Assembly: GCF_041248615.1 (NCBI RefSeq)
Contig: NZ_CP158426.1
Direction: 5' to 3' (one strand)
From: Escherichia coli
GTDB taxonomy: Bacteria; Pseudomonadota; Gammaproteobacteria; Enterobacterales; Enterobacteriaceae
Length of the DNA stretch: 64,000 nucleotides
Part shown: in pieces, positions 33,061 to 47,941 of the stretch
How positions within the stretch are numbered: the stretch's first letter is position 1
Layout of the letters: the number at the start of each line of letters is the position of its first letter
The notes under the pieces: model-generated
Told to the model about the DNA's origin: nothing
What the model saw: the letters and a program-made list of their open reading frames with translations, nothing else
Databases searched by the model: none
Position numbers and translations under genes: made by a program

Positions 33061-34262
33061 CTAACAATTTGTGAAATAGTATTTCGTCCGGGTGTTCGCT
33101 TTGTTTATGTCGTTACGGGGAAGTCATCTTCACAGGGATTTTTAGTCAGTTAGCATTACCGATATCCATTCACTAACTTACCGGAGATAATTGATGTCAA
33201 AACCCCAATGGACCATTGAACAGTAAGCGGTTCGCCAGAACCGTATTGATATTTACTGAGAGCTCAGATCAACTTTCCAGGGCAACAGATCGCGTACCCG
33301 GTTTGTCGGCCAGTCCTGGATATGCTCAATGACGTAACGCAGCCATTTTTCTGGTTCAACATTGTTCAGACGGCATGTGCCGATCAGCGAGTACAACACC
33401 GCCGCATGTTCGCCACCGCTGTCGGAACCCGCGAACAACCAGTTTTTCCGGCCTACGTCCACTCCCCGTAAGGCGTTCTCTGCGATGTTGTTGTCGATTT
33501 CCACCCAGCCATTACTGCAGTACACGTTCAGGCTATCTCACTGTTTCAGCAGGTAGGCGAACGCTTTTACCGTATCCGAGTGACGCGACAGTGTTTTCAT
33601 CTGGGTCTGTATCCAGTCATACAGTGACTGCATCAGTGGCGCAGCTCTGGCTTTTCTTGCCGCCAGACGCTGTTCTGCTGTACATCCCCGGACTTCTGCC
33701 TCGATGGCATACAGTTCACCGATACGCTGCAGGGCTTCCGTGGTGATGTCAGTTGGCGCTCTTGCATGCAAATCGTGGATTTTCCTCCGGGCATGGGCCA
33801 TACACGCGGCTTCCGTTATTCTGCCGGATTCGTATAACGCCCGGTAACCACCGTAAGTATCGGCCTGAAGCACACCGCTGTAACCGGCCAGATGATTCTG
33901 TGGATGGATACCTTTCCGGTCCTGACTGTACGCGAACCAGACCGCCGGGGGCATCTCCGACCCGGCATTACGGTCATCACGGACGTAGACCCACAGCCTG
34001 TCCGTTCGGTTTTTACCACTGCCTGGCTCCTGGACCGGAACGGGGATATCATCAGCATGGACTTTACCGGGCATCAGCACATACTGGCGCAGGACGTCAT
34101 ACAGCGGCTCCAGCAGTTCAGCAACGGTGTCAGCTCCACGTCCTGACTGCGGTATATTTCTGACTGACGGTATAACGGCAGATGGTCTGCATACTTCCCG
34201 GTGACAACATGGGCCAGAAGCCCCGCTCCGGCATAACTGTGTGCAATGGGTTTTGAATGAGC

Positions 34263-36215
<1,953 letters not shown>

Positions 36216-36775
36216 TGAGCCGGCGCCTGCACGATATGGTCACACCGACAACAGGCCAGTTTCGGACTTGTGTTTCGATAACCTTAAAGGCGCAGCTGAT
36301 AAGCTCCAGCTGCTCTGACACATCACATCCCAGAGAACTGAGTTCACCACCACAGGCAGGACAGCATTCCTCTTCTGGCCGGATAACCCGGGTTTCACGG
36401 GGAAGTGAGGCCGGTAACTGTTTACAGGCTGAAGACTGACGCAGGGCGGCGGATGGCAGTACCGGGTCATATTGCTCACCCAGCGTTTCCGCCATTTCTT
36501 CCTGAAGTGTGCTGATTCTCTCCTGTGCTTCCTGTATCTGTCGTTCGGTTTTTGCGCGAAGTTTTTCTGAGCTTTTACCGAAATGCATACGTTGCAGTTT
36601 CGCAACCAGCGCCTTCAGCCGGTTGATTTCAGAAGCATAAGCCGCCACCCTCTGTGAGAGCAGGCGGTTGTATTCAGCCATCTGGCGGATGGTGTCCTGT
36701 TGCGTCTGCAACAGTGCCCGCAGGCGGGGATTCTCATGAGCAAGTGAGGTGTCCATATACTCGCTTTGCAACGGG

Positions 36776-37114
36776 TTATATCCGGATGCCAGGCCGTTCT
36801 GTCCGTTTGGGATGTTGCCACGCGATCCCCTCCAGTAGCATGGATAACTGAGCTGGCGTCAGGTGCACTTTCCCTTCCCGGGTCACCGGCCAGATGAAGC
36901 GGCCCCGTTCCAGGCGTTTGGCGAACAGGCATAACCCATCACGATCGGCCCACAGTATTTTCACCATTTTGCCACTGCGGCCCCGGAAGACGAAGATATG
37001 CCCGGAGAACGGGTCATCCTTCAGGACGTTCTGAACTTTTGAGGACAGGCCGTTAAAGCCTGTCAGCGCCAGTGATATAAGACGGTAATTCACCATTTGG
37101 ATTGTCCGCTCCAC
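36776..37114 (-). pseudogene. IS66-family TnpB (orf2), 5' end cut by IS100 insertion
   Basis: ...DPFSGHIFVFRGRSGKMVKILWADRDGLCLFAKRLERGRFIWP characteristic of IS66 orf2. Confidence 0.65.
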
Positions 37115-37161
37115 CCAACATGTTGTTTCCTTAAGGTTCTCACACCAGAAAGGACATCAAC

Positions 37162-38334
37162 ATGCTGAGCAGAGAGGACTTTTACATGATAAAGCAAATG
37201 CGCCAGCAGGGCGCGTACATTGTCGATATTGTGACTCAGATTGGTTGCTCTGAACGAACGGTCAGACGCTACCTCAAATACCCTGAACCGCCAGCCAGAA
37301 GGACCCGCCACAAAATGGTTAAGCTGAAACCGTTTATGGATTACATCGACATGCGCCTGGCAGAGAATGTCTGGAATAGCGCGGTTATCTTCGCGGAGAT
37401 TAAGGCAATGGGCTATACGGGCGGACGTTCCATGCTGCGTTACTACATCCAGCCCAAACGTAAAATGCGTCCGTCAAAAAGAACAGTTCGCTTCGAAACT
37501 CAGCCTGGATACCAGCTCCAGCACGACTGGGGCGAAGTTGAGGTGGAAGTTGCCGGGCAACGGTGCAAAGTTAACTTTGCGGTTAATGCGCTGGGGTTCT
37601 CCCGCCGCTTTCATGTCTTCGCTGCCCCAAAACAGGATGCTGAGAATACCTACGAATCACTGGTTCGCGCCTTCCGCTACTTCGGTGGTTGTGTGAAAAC
37701 GGTGCTGGTTGATAACCAGAAGGCTGCGGTGCTGAAGAATAACAACGGGAAAGTCGTGTTCAACTCCGGATTTCTGTTGCTGGCTGACCACTATAACTTC
37801 CTGCCACGGGCATGCCGTCCACGCAGGGCCAGAACAAAAGGTAAGGTTGAGCGGATGGTGAAATACCTCAAGGAGAACTTCTTCGTCCGGTACCGCAGGT
37901 TCGACAGCTTCACTCATGTCAATCAACAACTGGAGCAATGGATAGCCGATGTGGCTGACAAACGGGAGCTTCGTCAGTTCAAAGAAACGCCGGAACAGCG
38001 CTTCGCGCTGGAGCAGGAATATCTGCAGCCGTTACCGGATACGGACTTCGATACCAGTTACTTTGACATCCGCCATGTGTCCTGGGACAGCTATATCGAG
38101 GTTGGTGGTAATCGTTACAGCGTTCCCGAAGCGCTGTGTGGTCAGCCGGTATCGATACGAATATCGCTGGATGACGAGTTGCGGATCTACAGTAATGAGA
38201 AACTGGTGGCCTCACATCGCCTCTGTTCGGCATCGTCTGGCTGGCAGACAGTGCCGGAGCATCACACCCCGCTCTGGCAGCAGGTCAGTCAGGTGGAACA
38301 TCGACTACTGAGTGCCTATGAGGAGCTGTTGTGA
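37162..38334 (+). CDS. istA: IS100-like transposase IstA
   Basis: 390-aa ORF MLSREDFYMIKQMRQQG... Confidence 0.85.
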   Translation: MLSREDFYMIKQMRQQGAYIVDIVTQIGCSERTVRRYLKYPEPPARRTRHKMVKLKPFMDYIDMRLAENVWNSAVIFAEIKAMGYTGGRSMLRYYIQPKRKMRPSKRTVRFETQPGYQLQHDWGEVEVEVAGQRCKVNFAVNALGFSRRFHVFAAPKQDAENTYESLVRAFRYFGGCVKTVLVDNQKAAVLKNNNGKVVFNSGFLLLADHYNFLPRACRPRRARTKGKVERMVKYLKENFFVRYRRFDSFTHVNQQLEQWIADVADKRELRQFKETPEQRFALEQEYLQPLPDTDFDTSYFDIRHVSWDSYIEVGGNRYSVPEALCGQPVSIRISLDDELRIYSNEKLVASHRLCSASSGWQTVPEHHTPLWQQVSQVEHRLLSAYEELL

Positions 38335-38868
38335 TGCATGAGCTGGAAGTCCTGCTGAGTCGCCTGAAAATGGAGCATCTGAGTTATCACGTTGAAAGCC
38401 TGCTGGAACAGGCAGCTAAAAAAGAGCTGAACTACCGGGAGTTCCTGTGCATGGCGCTACAGCAGGAATGGAACGGCAGGCATCAGCGCGGTATGGAGTC
38501 CAGGCTGAAGCAGGCTCGTCTGCCGTGGGTCAAAACGCTGGAGCAGTTCGACTTTACCTTCCAGCCGGGCATCTACCGTAAGGTTGTCCGGGAACTGGCT
38601 GGTCTGGCGTTCGTGGAGCGCAGCGAAAACGTGATCCTGCTGGGACCTCCTGGTGTCGGAAAAACTCATCTGGCCATAGCTCTTGGCGTGAAAGCGGTGG
38701 ATGCGGGACATCGGGTACTGTTTATGCCACTGGACAGACTGATCGCGACACTGATGAAAGCGAAACAGGAAAACCGGCTGGAGCGTCAGCTACAGCAACT
38801 GAGTTATGCCCGGGTGTTGATCCTGGATGAAATAGGCTATCTGCCGATGAACAGAGAGGATGTCGGAA
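38331..38868 (+). pseudogene. istB: IS100-like IstB, C-terminally truncated
   Basis: Walker A GPPGVGKTH present; sequence after residue ~179 unrelated. Confidence 0.7.
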
Positions 38869-38998
38869 ACGCCTTCATGCGAGGCGTCTCCTCACCGATG
38901 CGCGTGACTCAAGAAGGGCCTGACGGCTTGTCTCGTTACTGTCCTGTCCGGGTTATCTGTCTGGAGATTCAACTCTGTTTCCTCACAGGAGCTCTGTT

Positions 38999-40075
38999 AT
39001 GGCAGGTAAAGTTACGGAAACCGCTGTTGTGGGTGGCGTGGATATACATAAAGATCTGCACGTTGCCGCTGTCGTAGATCAGAACAATAAAGTTCTGGGG
39101 CCCCCGTTTTTCTCCACAACACGGCAAGGTTACCGGCAGATGCTGGCATGGATGGTTTCGTTTGGGGCATTAAAGCGAATTGGTGTTGAGTGTACAGGCA
39201 CCTATGGATCAGGTCTGCTTCGCTATTTACAGAATGCCGGGTTAGAAGTTCTTGAGGTGGCTGTGCCAGATCGGATGGAGCGACGCAAACGGGGTAAAAG
39301 TGACACGATTGATGCTGAATGTGCCGCTCACGCCGCATGCTCCGGAATAAGAACTGTCACACCCAAAACGCGCAATGGTATGATTGAGTCTCTGCGGGTA
39401 TTAAAAACTTGCCGAAAAACAGCAATATCAGCCCGCAGAGTCGCTCTCCAGATTAACCATTCCAATATTATCTCTGCCCCGGATGAATTACGTGAACAGC
39501 TCAGAAATATGACGCGCATGCAGCTCATCAGGACTCTGAGATCCTAGCGGCCTGATGCCAGTGAATAGCTCAATGTTACCAACGTTTATCGTATTTCATT
39601 AAAGTCCCTTGCCCGACGCTATCTCGAGTTACATGACGAAATCGCTGATTTGGATGTTATGATTGCGGCAATTGTGGATGAGCTGGCACCTGCACTGATT
39701 AAACGTAATGCTATTGGATACGAAAGCGCTTCACAGTTGCTGATCACTGCCGGAGACAATCCCCAACGATTAAGATCAGAATCAGGTTTTGCGGCACTGT
39801 GTGGTGTCAGCCCTGTTCCCGTATCTTCAGGAAAAACGAATCGTTATCGACTTAACCGGGGTGGAGATCGTGCTGCAAATAGTGCACTTCACATCATTTC
39901 CATCGGACGTTTGCGAACTGACGATAAAACGAAGGAATATGTCGCCAGACGAGTAGCGGAAGGGCATACAAAAATGGAAACAATACGCAGCCTGAAGCGC
40001 TATATCTCACACGAAGTTTATACATTACTGCGTAATCAAAACAGGCAGATCAACAGCACCCCGATAACTGCTTGA
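38999..40075 (+). pseudogene. IS110-family transposase interrupted by in-frame stops
   Basis: N-terminal ORF 38999-39547 and C-terminal ORF 39650-40075. Confidence 0.6.
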
Positions 40076-40082
40076 CTCTTAG

Positions 40083-40286
<204 letters not shown>

Positions 40287-40939
40287 TGAACTGAATTTAC
40301 TTTGAAAAAATGTAAAAACATTTAAATCATAGCCAGAAGCCGCGATTATTCAGTGCTTCTCATTTTATATTTTCTGCAAATTTATATGTGGTATAAAATA
40401 ACACCCTTGTCATTCAGGTATAAAATATCATCATCGTACAGTAAAGGATATATAAATATAAAATTATACTATTCAAAATATGGTGCATTCTTATTCATGA
40501 TAGGAATACTTAGAACATCATTTTTTCATTGTAGACCATGATTTCGGATTTGAAAAGTTCCTTCCCCAGTAATCTCTAGTTTTTATTCTCAATTCAACCC
40601 AACTCTTCCCTATACAAACTAAAAAACATTGTTCTATTGATAGATACTTCTCAGTAATCAGATAAAAAACTATAATATTGCTGTGCATGATGTACATATT
40701 TAAAATGTCATGAGTACATCCCTTTTATTTGAAAAACAAACTAAAAGAAATCACTTAAATAAAATGTTTTTATATCGTGGTATTTAAGAAAACTTATATC
40801 AAAAAATAAGATATTGACCTTTATTTAAAATTAGATTAGATTGCAAAGATAAGAATACGTGTGATTATTTCTTTAAACACCTGTAAAAATTTATTAGAGC
40901 ATAGTTATATTATTGAACATTGTATTGCTTAGGTAAGGT

Positions 40940-42199
40940 ATGCTGGTATCTAACTATAATTATGTAATCAGCCGTCGTCGTTTACTGCAAGGTGCGGGCG
41001 CCATGTGGCTATTGAGCGTAAGTCAGGTCAGCCTGGCTGCGGTCAGCCAGGTCGTGGCGGTACGCGTCTGGCCTGCGTCCAGCTACACCCGCGTGACGGT
41101 AGAATCAAATCGTCAGCTGCAATATAAGCAGTTCGCGTTAAGTAACCCTGAACGTGTGGTGGTGGATATCGAAGATGTAAACCTGAACTCGGTACTCAAG
41201 GGGATGGCGGCACAAATTCGTGCAGACGACCCGTTCATCAAGTCGGCGCGCGTCGGGCAATTTGACCCGCAAACCGTACGCATGGTTTTTGAATTAAAGC
41301 AAAACGTAAAACCGCAGCTGTTTGCCCTTGCGCCGGTCGCCGGGTTTAAAGAGCGTCTGGTGATGGACCTCTATCCGGCCAATGCACAGAATATGCAGGA
41401 CCCGCTGCTGGCGCTGCTGGAGGATTACAACAAAGGCGACCTCGAAAAGCAGGTGCCGCCAGCACAAAGTGGTCCACAACCGGGTAAAGCAGGGCGTGAT
41501 CGTCCGATTGTCATTATGCTTGACCCCGGCCACGGTGGCGAAGACCCCGGTGCGGTGGGGAAATACAAAACACGCGAAAAAGACGTGGTATTGCAAATAG
41601 CTCGCCGTCTGCGCTCTCTGATCGAAAAAGAGGGTAATATGAAGGTGTACATGACGCGCAATGAAGACATCTTCATTCCGTTGCAAGTGCGTGTAGCAAA
41701 AGCACAGAAACAACGTGCTGACCTTTTTGTTTCTATCCATGCTGATGCCTTTACCAGTCGCCAGCCGAGCGGTTCTTCCGTGTTTGCGCTTTCGACCAAA
41801 GGCGCGACAAGTACTGCGGCAAAATATCTGGCACAAACCCAGAACGCCTCGGACTTGATTGGCGGCGTGAGCAAAAGCGGTGACCGCTATGTCGACCACA
41901 CCATGTTCGATATGGTGCAGTCTCTGACCATTGCCGACAGCCTGAAGTTGGGTAAAGCGGTGCTGAATAAGCTCGGTAAAATCAACAAGCTGCATAAAAA
42001 TCAGGTTGAACAGGCCGGGTTTGCCGTGCTGAAAGCACCTGATATTCCCTCCATTCTGGTCGAAACGGCGTTTATCAGTAACGTTGAGGAAGAGCGCAAA
42101 CTGAAAACGGCAAGATTCCAACAACAAGTGGCAGAATCTATCCTAGAGGGAATTAAAGAGTATTTTTCGGATATAGACGCGTTAGCGAGAAAAGCATAA
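40940..42199 (+). CDS. amiC: N-acetylmuramoyl-L-alanine amidase AmiC-like with Tat signal; first ~10 codons AT-rich
   Basis: Twin-arginine motif [11 protein letters not shown]; amidase_3 region ([11 protein letters not shown]...); abrupt GC shift after codon ~10. Confidence 0.8.
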   Translation: MLVSNYNYVISRRRLLQGAGAMWLLSVSQVSLAAVSQVVAVRVWPASSYTRVTVESNRQLQYKQFALSNPERVVVDIEDVNLNSVLKGMAAQIRADDPFIKSARVGQFDPQTVRMVFELKQNVKPQLFALAPVAGFKERLVMDLYPANAQNMQDPLLALLEDYNKGDLEKQVPPAQSGPQPGKAGRDRPIVIMLDPGHGGEDPGAVGKYKTREKDVVLQIARRLRSLIEKEGNMKVYMTRNEDIFIPLQVRVAKAQKQRADLFVSIHADAFTSRQPSGSSVFALSTKGATSTAAKYLAQTQNASDLIGGVSKSGDRYVDHTMFDMVQSLTIADSLKLGKAVLNKLGKINKLHKNQVEQAGFAVLKAPDIPSILVETAFISNVEEERKLKTARFQQQVAESILEGIKEYFSDIDALARKA

Positions 42200-42419
42200 T
42201 TTAAAAATGTTTAATATTCTATGTTCTCGGTCATATTTTATTAATTTGGATGAATATATGCTGTTAGTGCTGTATTCTCCGTTTGGATACACCTTTACCT
42301 TAGCGATATAGTTGTGTTATTCATATATAAATATGCCCCGTTTTAATTCCATGCATTTTTATATCTTGGTCAAATAATGGTGTCGTCGATATTCTTCCAG
42401 CGTCTTATTGTTCAGTGAT

Positions 42420-42910
42420 TCATGTGTGCGTTCATAGCTATATTCTGATAACCATTTCTCCGTAATTTCTAGAACTTCATTCAGCGTTCTGAACAGATAA
42501 AAATCGAGTATTTCTGTACGGTGTGTCCTGTTAAAACGCCCAATAAAAGCGTTCTACGTCAGCTTACCCGGCTGGATAAACTCCCGTTTTACTGCGTGTA
42601 TATCAGCCCATTCAGCCAGCGTTAGAGAGATAAATTCCGAACCATTATCTATGCGCAGCATGACCGGATAACTGCGATTTGCCGCGAACCTGCTGCCTCA
42701 GAACCTGAAAAAGTTTTGAAAAACCGTATCGAGGATATCGCTCGTCCACTGCCTGCACCACCACAATAACGGGGTCGTACCACGTGGTATCCGGACGGTA
42801 ATGGGAAACCGTTCTGCTCTGGTTCAGACTCCGGCAGGCCTGATGGACACTGAGTCCAAATGTCGTTATCTGATGAGTAACAAGCTCACGCTTACAGGCT
42901 GGTTTTAAAG
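42420..42910 (-). pseudogene. IS3-family orfB C-terminal remnant
   Basis: ...PVMLRIDNGSEFISLTLAEWADIHAVKREFIQPGKLT... with stops. Confidence 0.5.
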
Positions 42911-43121
42911 CTTTTTTCGATAATGTCTTTCAATGCCGGTTCTCTAGGCTAAGGTCGGCAAGCATCTGTTTTGGACGTCGGTTCTCGTCCTCAAGATCCT
43001 CGTTCTTTTTAATATCAGGTGACTCTATGCATCGTATCTGGGCTTCCAGTTCATGGAATGGAGTACCCCCTCCTTTTGCGGTTAACTGTACGAAATGCAC
43101 TCACTCAGCAGGGGAATCACA

Positions 43122-43640
43122 ATGAATATCGTATTCCTGGGTATTGATCTGGATAAAAATATCTTTCAGCTCTGCGGGTTAAATTAGGTCGGTAATCCGG
43201 TTTATTCAAAACGTATTGGCCGAAAAGAATTACTCCAAATAGTGGCGAATATTCCGGCCTTCCTAATTGATGTAGGGCATCCACATGGGAATTTTACTGG
43301 CAGAGTGAATTTAAAAAACTGGGGCATAACGTAAAGGTCCTCAACCCACAGTATGTAACTCCCTTTGTCTGTGGGCAAAAAATGACGGTAATGATGCACA
43401 GGCCATCGCAGTGCTTCTGATGTAACCGACAATGCTGTTCATGCCTCCAAAAAGCTCGGAACAACAGGATATCTACGCTTTGCACCGGGCAAGGCAGCAT
43501 ATTGTTAATGTGACCGTTTGTCAAATCAGGGGACTGTTGCTTGATTGGGGAATAACTATCGGCGCGGTAGTTTCAAGAGATCGTCGTGCTATGTCAACGC
43601 CAAGATTATTGGCCGTTTTGGGGATGCGGACGATTTCCTG
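43122..43640 (+). pseudogene. IS110-family transposase 5' remnant with frameshifts
   Basis: MNIVFLGIDLDKNIFQLCG start typical of the IS110 family. Confidence 0.5.
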
Positions 43641-43650
43641 GACTTCTTTA

Positions 43651-44555
43651 TTATTCCAGCCTACATTGTTGGCGGTACATTTCAGGGCTGTCTTCACCCA
43701 GCGATAATTTTATACGCCGCTCGTTATACCCTCTGATGTAAGCATCCACATGCTGCATGAACTTTTCCGGCATGATGCCCGACCATTTACGCCCATAATA
43801 CATTTCCGTTTTCAGTCTGCCGAAAAAGCCTTCGCATGCGGCATCATCCTTACGGGACATTGAGTGAATAAGACCTGCGGCATTAACTCTTTCCAGCCAG
43901 CCTGGCCAGCGATAATGCCCACCTCTGCCACTGTGTATCATCGGTCGTTCGCCAGCATTTAACGTTTTGACAGCGTTATCCAGCATAGCGTTAACCAGTT
44001 CTGCGTCGGGGCGTGTACTGAGAGACCAGCTCACAACTTTTCCATCGAAGCAGTCCACCACCTGTGACAGCCAGACTTTTCCTGCAGGAAGCTGGAACTC
44101 CGTTATATCTGTCAGCCATTTCTGATTAGGTTGGTCCTCCTTAAAATCTCTGGCGATAAGGTTATCCGGATCCGGTCCGATTTCTCCGCAATATGAGCTG
44201 TAGCGGCGACGACGGTTACGGCTGACGACAAGCTGTTCCTTCACCATAAGTCTGCTTACAACCTTTTCTGATAGCTGACCCCCTCATGCCTGAGCATCGC
44301 ATGCAGGCGACGATAGCCATAACACTGGTAATTACTGTTAACTATATCTGTCAGCATCGTACGTATCGTGGCGTATTTATCACCGGCTTTCAGTGCAGCC
44401 CGGTGATAAAAATAACTGCTACGGGCAAGCCCCAGAACATGCAGTAATTCTGTCAGGGGATATGTTTGTCTCAGGGCATCAGCGATATTTGTTTTTTCTC
44501 TGTTGTTTAGGTGACTGATACTGATGCCCGGGTCTAATGAGATGGTCACCCCCAC
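43651..44555 (-). pseudogene. IS3-family orfB in two ORFs (frameshift), orfA missing
   Basis: ORFs 44256-44555 and 43651-44247; rve core motifs. Confidence 0.6.
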
Positions 44556-44599
44556 CCTGTGAGCGGTACGCTGACAGGGTGGGTTATTTTAGAGGGCAC

Positions 44600-45595
44600 C
44601 ATCATGTAAAACGTTGCGCTTATTGGTATCGATCTCGGTAAACATTCTTTCCATATTCATTGTCAAGATAAATCTGGCAATGCGCTTTTGCGTAAAAAGT
44701 TTACGCGTACGAAGCTGATGCAGTTTCTGGCAACATGTCCATCCTCAGTAGTTGTTATGGAAGCCTGCGCTGGTACGCATTTTATGGCCCGGCGTATCAG
44801 CGACATCGGTCATGAAGAAAAACTTATCTCTCCGTAATTCGTGCGTCCGTTTGTCAAAGGTAATAAGAATGATTTTATTGATGCAGAAGCCATATGCAAA
44901 GCGGCTTCACGACCATCAATGCGTTTTGTCCAGCCCAGAACAGAAACCCAGCAGGCAATGAGGGCATTACATCGGGTCAGAGAATCGCTCATCAGAGATA
45001 AGGTGAAAAAAAACAACCAGATCCACGGTTTCTTGCTGGAATTTGGAATCAGACTGCCGACAGGGGATGCCGCAATAAAATGGTTATCTCTGGCGTTAGC
45101 TGAACACGAAATACCTGAATATCTGAGTCGCTTGCTGATGAAATTACATGCTCACTATCTTTATCGTATTGAGCAAATAACAGAACTGGAATCAGAGTTA
45201 AACCAGTCAATCAAAGCTGACGCTACTGTGCAACGAATCATGACAATCCCCGGTGTTGGGCCGATGACGGCCAGCCTGCTATCATCCCAGCTTGGTGATG
45301 GTAAACAATTTTCGTGCAGTAGGGATTTTGCAGCATCCACAGGACTTGTTCCCCGACAATACAGTACCGGTGGTAAATCAATGCTGCTGGGGATCAGCAA
45401 ACGAGTCGGTTACTTGTTCTGTACGCCCGCTCGTTCATGATGCGGCTGGAGCATCAATAGGGCAGAGTTGCTGAATGGGTTCAAAAGCAACTCGACAATA
45501 AGCATTCAAATATTGTCGCCTGCGCTCTGGCAAATAAACTGGCCCGAATAGCCTGGGCAATCACTGCTCTGCACAAAGAATATCAGGCCTGATAT
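44600..45595 (+). pseudogene. IS110-family transposase with internal stop and frameshifts
   Basis: VALIGIDLGKHSFHIH...; central ORF 44841-45440; C-terminal ...LARIAWAITALHKEYQA in another frame. Confidence 0.6.
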
Positions 45596-45842
45596 AGATA
45601 CTGACAAAACTCAATTAGCTTATTTTAAAAAATAAGATACAAGTTACCTGTCTGGTTTTGCGAAGACTGATTATTGATGACATGAACGGCAAATAGACCT
45701 GATTAAAAACCTGACAGAAAAAATGGCTCACTGAAGCCGAGGGTCTTTTTAGGATTATCAGGTGCGGAACTCATCGAGGCGCGGGTCTCCTTGTCCACAG
45801 AGACGCCGGATAGATTTAAGCAAGCCCACCATTAATCAAAAA

Positions 45843-46470
45843 TCAGTGTAGCAAAAACGGGGGTGACCATAGATTTTTTATGATTTTCTCCGCTTTTTTC
45901 AGAATATCCAGTTCCATCTGCCGGCGGCGTATTTCCTGATTCAGTCGGGCGACTTCCTCCCGCAACGCATCGCGTTCTGCCTCTAGGGAAGGTTCGTTAT
46001 GTTTACGCATAGTCTGGTAAGCACTGTTGCCGATAATTTCATCTTTCCATTTATACAATACCGCACGACTGACACCAATACGCCTAGAGATTTCACTGGC
46101 TGATATTTGTCGTGTACAGAATGCCATGACAGCCTGACGTTTGACTTCTGGTTCAAAGGGCGCAACCGGACTGGTCTTACTGGTAAATATACGTCGTCTG
46201 CCGGGGTAACGTTCATTAACCCAGCGAGCGAGCACATCGGTACAGGGATAACCCAGAGTTCTACTGGTAAACGCTAGGCAGCAGCCGTGGTTAAGATAAT
46301 GTTCAACGGCAACTTGTTTTTGCTCATCTGTGTAACGGGGCTTATGGCGAATGGATTCTTTTGCTCCGCCACCTGATTCCTATGAACGGATCCAACGCCG
46401 CAGATTTCTTTTCGAAGGGTAGCCCAGTTCGCGTACGACGGGAGCCAGCTTCTTACCATTGACTAGTCTT
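45843..46470 (-). pseudogene. IS3-family orfA-like HTH/leucine-zipper protein, partial element
   Basis: ...LEAERDALREEVARLNQEIRRRQMELDILKKA coiled coil; no intact orfB downstream. Confidence 0.45.
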
Positions 46471-47700
46471 GGTATAAGTTGACACTTTTCTGTCTGTAAA
46501 ACGCCTGATGAACGTCATAGGGCGTTTTGTATTTCAGAGCCAGGTGTGGCCGCTCATGGTTATAAATTGCCACGGACTCTTGGACCATTTCCCGGGCCTG
46601 AGCCAGGTCTGCAGGACGCGAGAGTAAAAACTCATTTTTCAGGGTACCATTTATTCACTCAGCCAATGCTGGTAGCAGTCATAACCATCAGTCATTGAAC
46701 AGGTTATTTCATTTCTTTCATGAACTGACTGATAGAGCGCTGAACAGTATTGCAGCCCCTGCCAGAATGATGCACCAGGGGACTCGTCGTTTTTCTCAGC
46801 TTCAGCACCTGTCTGAACGCTTTTACCACTTTTTCTGTCTGCAGGTTTTCCCCAACATGGTAGCCCATAATTTTTCTGGAGCAGGCATCGGTGACCAGAC
46901 TCAGATAGGCCGAACTATTGCGCAGTGGAAGGTAAGTAATATCGGCGACCCGGACCTGTTCTGGTTCAAGAGCAGTAACCTGTTCAGGGCCTGGTTTAAG
47001 CAGGTTTGGATGTCGGTAGAAGCGATGATGGCTGTTGGTAGTTTTGTGATATGACCGTTTTACTGGCACCAGGAGTCGGTATTCATCGGGCAGGTTAAAC
47101 AGGCGGTCTCGCCCGATATTCAGCCTTTTATCGGCCTGAGTGTTCAGCAGATAGTGCAGCTTACGCGCACCGATTCGGGGCTGACGACATCTGACACGGG
47201 CAACAAAATCAAGAACCTGAGCATGATGTTCCTGCCGTTTTCTGCGCCTTGCATTGTCCTGATACCATGCCTGTCTGCTGTGTCCCAGGAACAGACTGCA
47301 CGCGTCACAGTTATTTTGGGGACCGGACTTTGCGCGAGGACTTGCCGGGCCGCTTTTTACGATACTCACCCCGTAATCATTTTTCAGGACATTGATAACT
47401 GACTCAAAAAACGTAGCTTTCTGGTTCGCCAGCTCAAGCTACGTTTCAAGTTCCCTGATTCTTTGCTCGGGTGTGAGCGGGATAGTTGTCTGAGTCACAG
47501 GCAGTTTCCTCTTCACCAGCTCAGGAAGTCCAGGATATTTACGTAACCAGACAAGAACGGTGGAGCGCCCCTGAATGCCATACCGCTGCTGGGCCTGTTT
47601 ATAAGTCATCTCGCCTTTTTCAACCTGCTCAACAACAGCTATTTTAAAGGATAGAGGATAATCACGTTGGGTGCGTTTGAGCTAAGTCATCATTACGTTC
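46470..47700 (-). pseudogene. IS3-family element, degraded (orfA ~47450-47694; orfB 46704-47369 plus frameshifted tail)
   Basis: orfB disrupted after ...LVHHS; C-terminal ...AIYNHERPH... in another frame; homolog fragment at 30491-30640. Confidence 0.6.
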
Positions 47701-47941
47701 TCCGGATTTAAGTAGGAACGTGTCAACGCTATTCAGGACGGGTCACATATTTGAAATAAAGCTCAATGGCGCGGATTTTTTCTTCTTCAGTAAACATGTT
47801 TCATCTCCTGAGAGTCCAGGAAATCGTCCGCATCCCCATTACTGTCTTATATCATTGGCGCTGACAGCTATTCTGCTGAGCCTTGAGGATGCATAAACGG
47901 GTTAAGAGCTTGTATGTGCAGAACGATAGCGGAACTAAATA

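Larger units (their letters stand above)
37115..38868 (+). mobile_element. IS100-like (IS21-family) element, 3'-truncated within istB
   Basis: istA 390 aa; istB diverges after ...EIGYLPMNRED. Confidence 0.75.
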
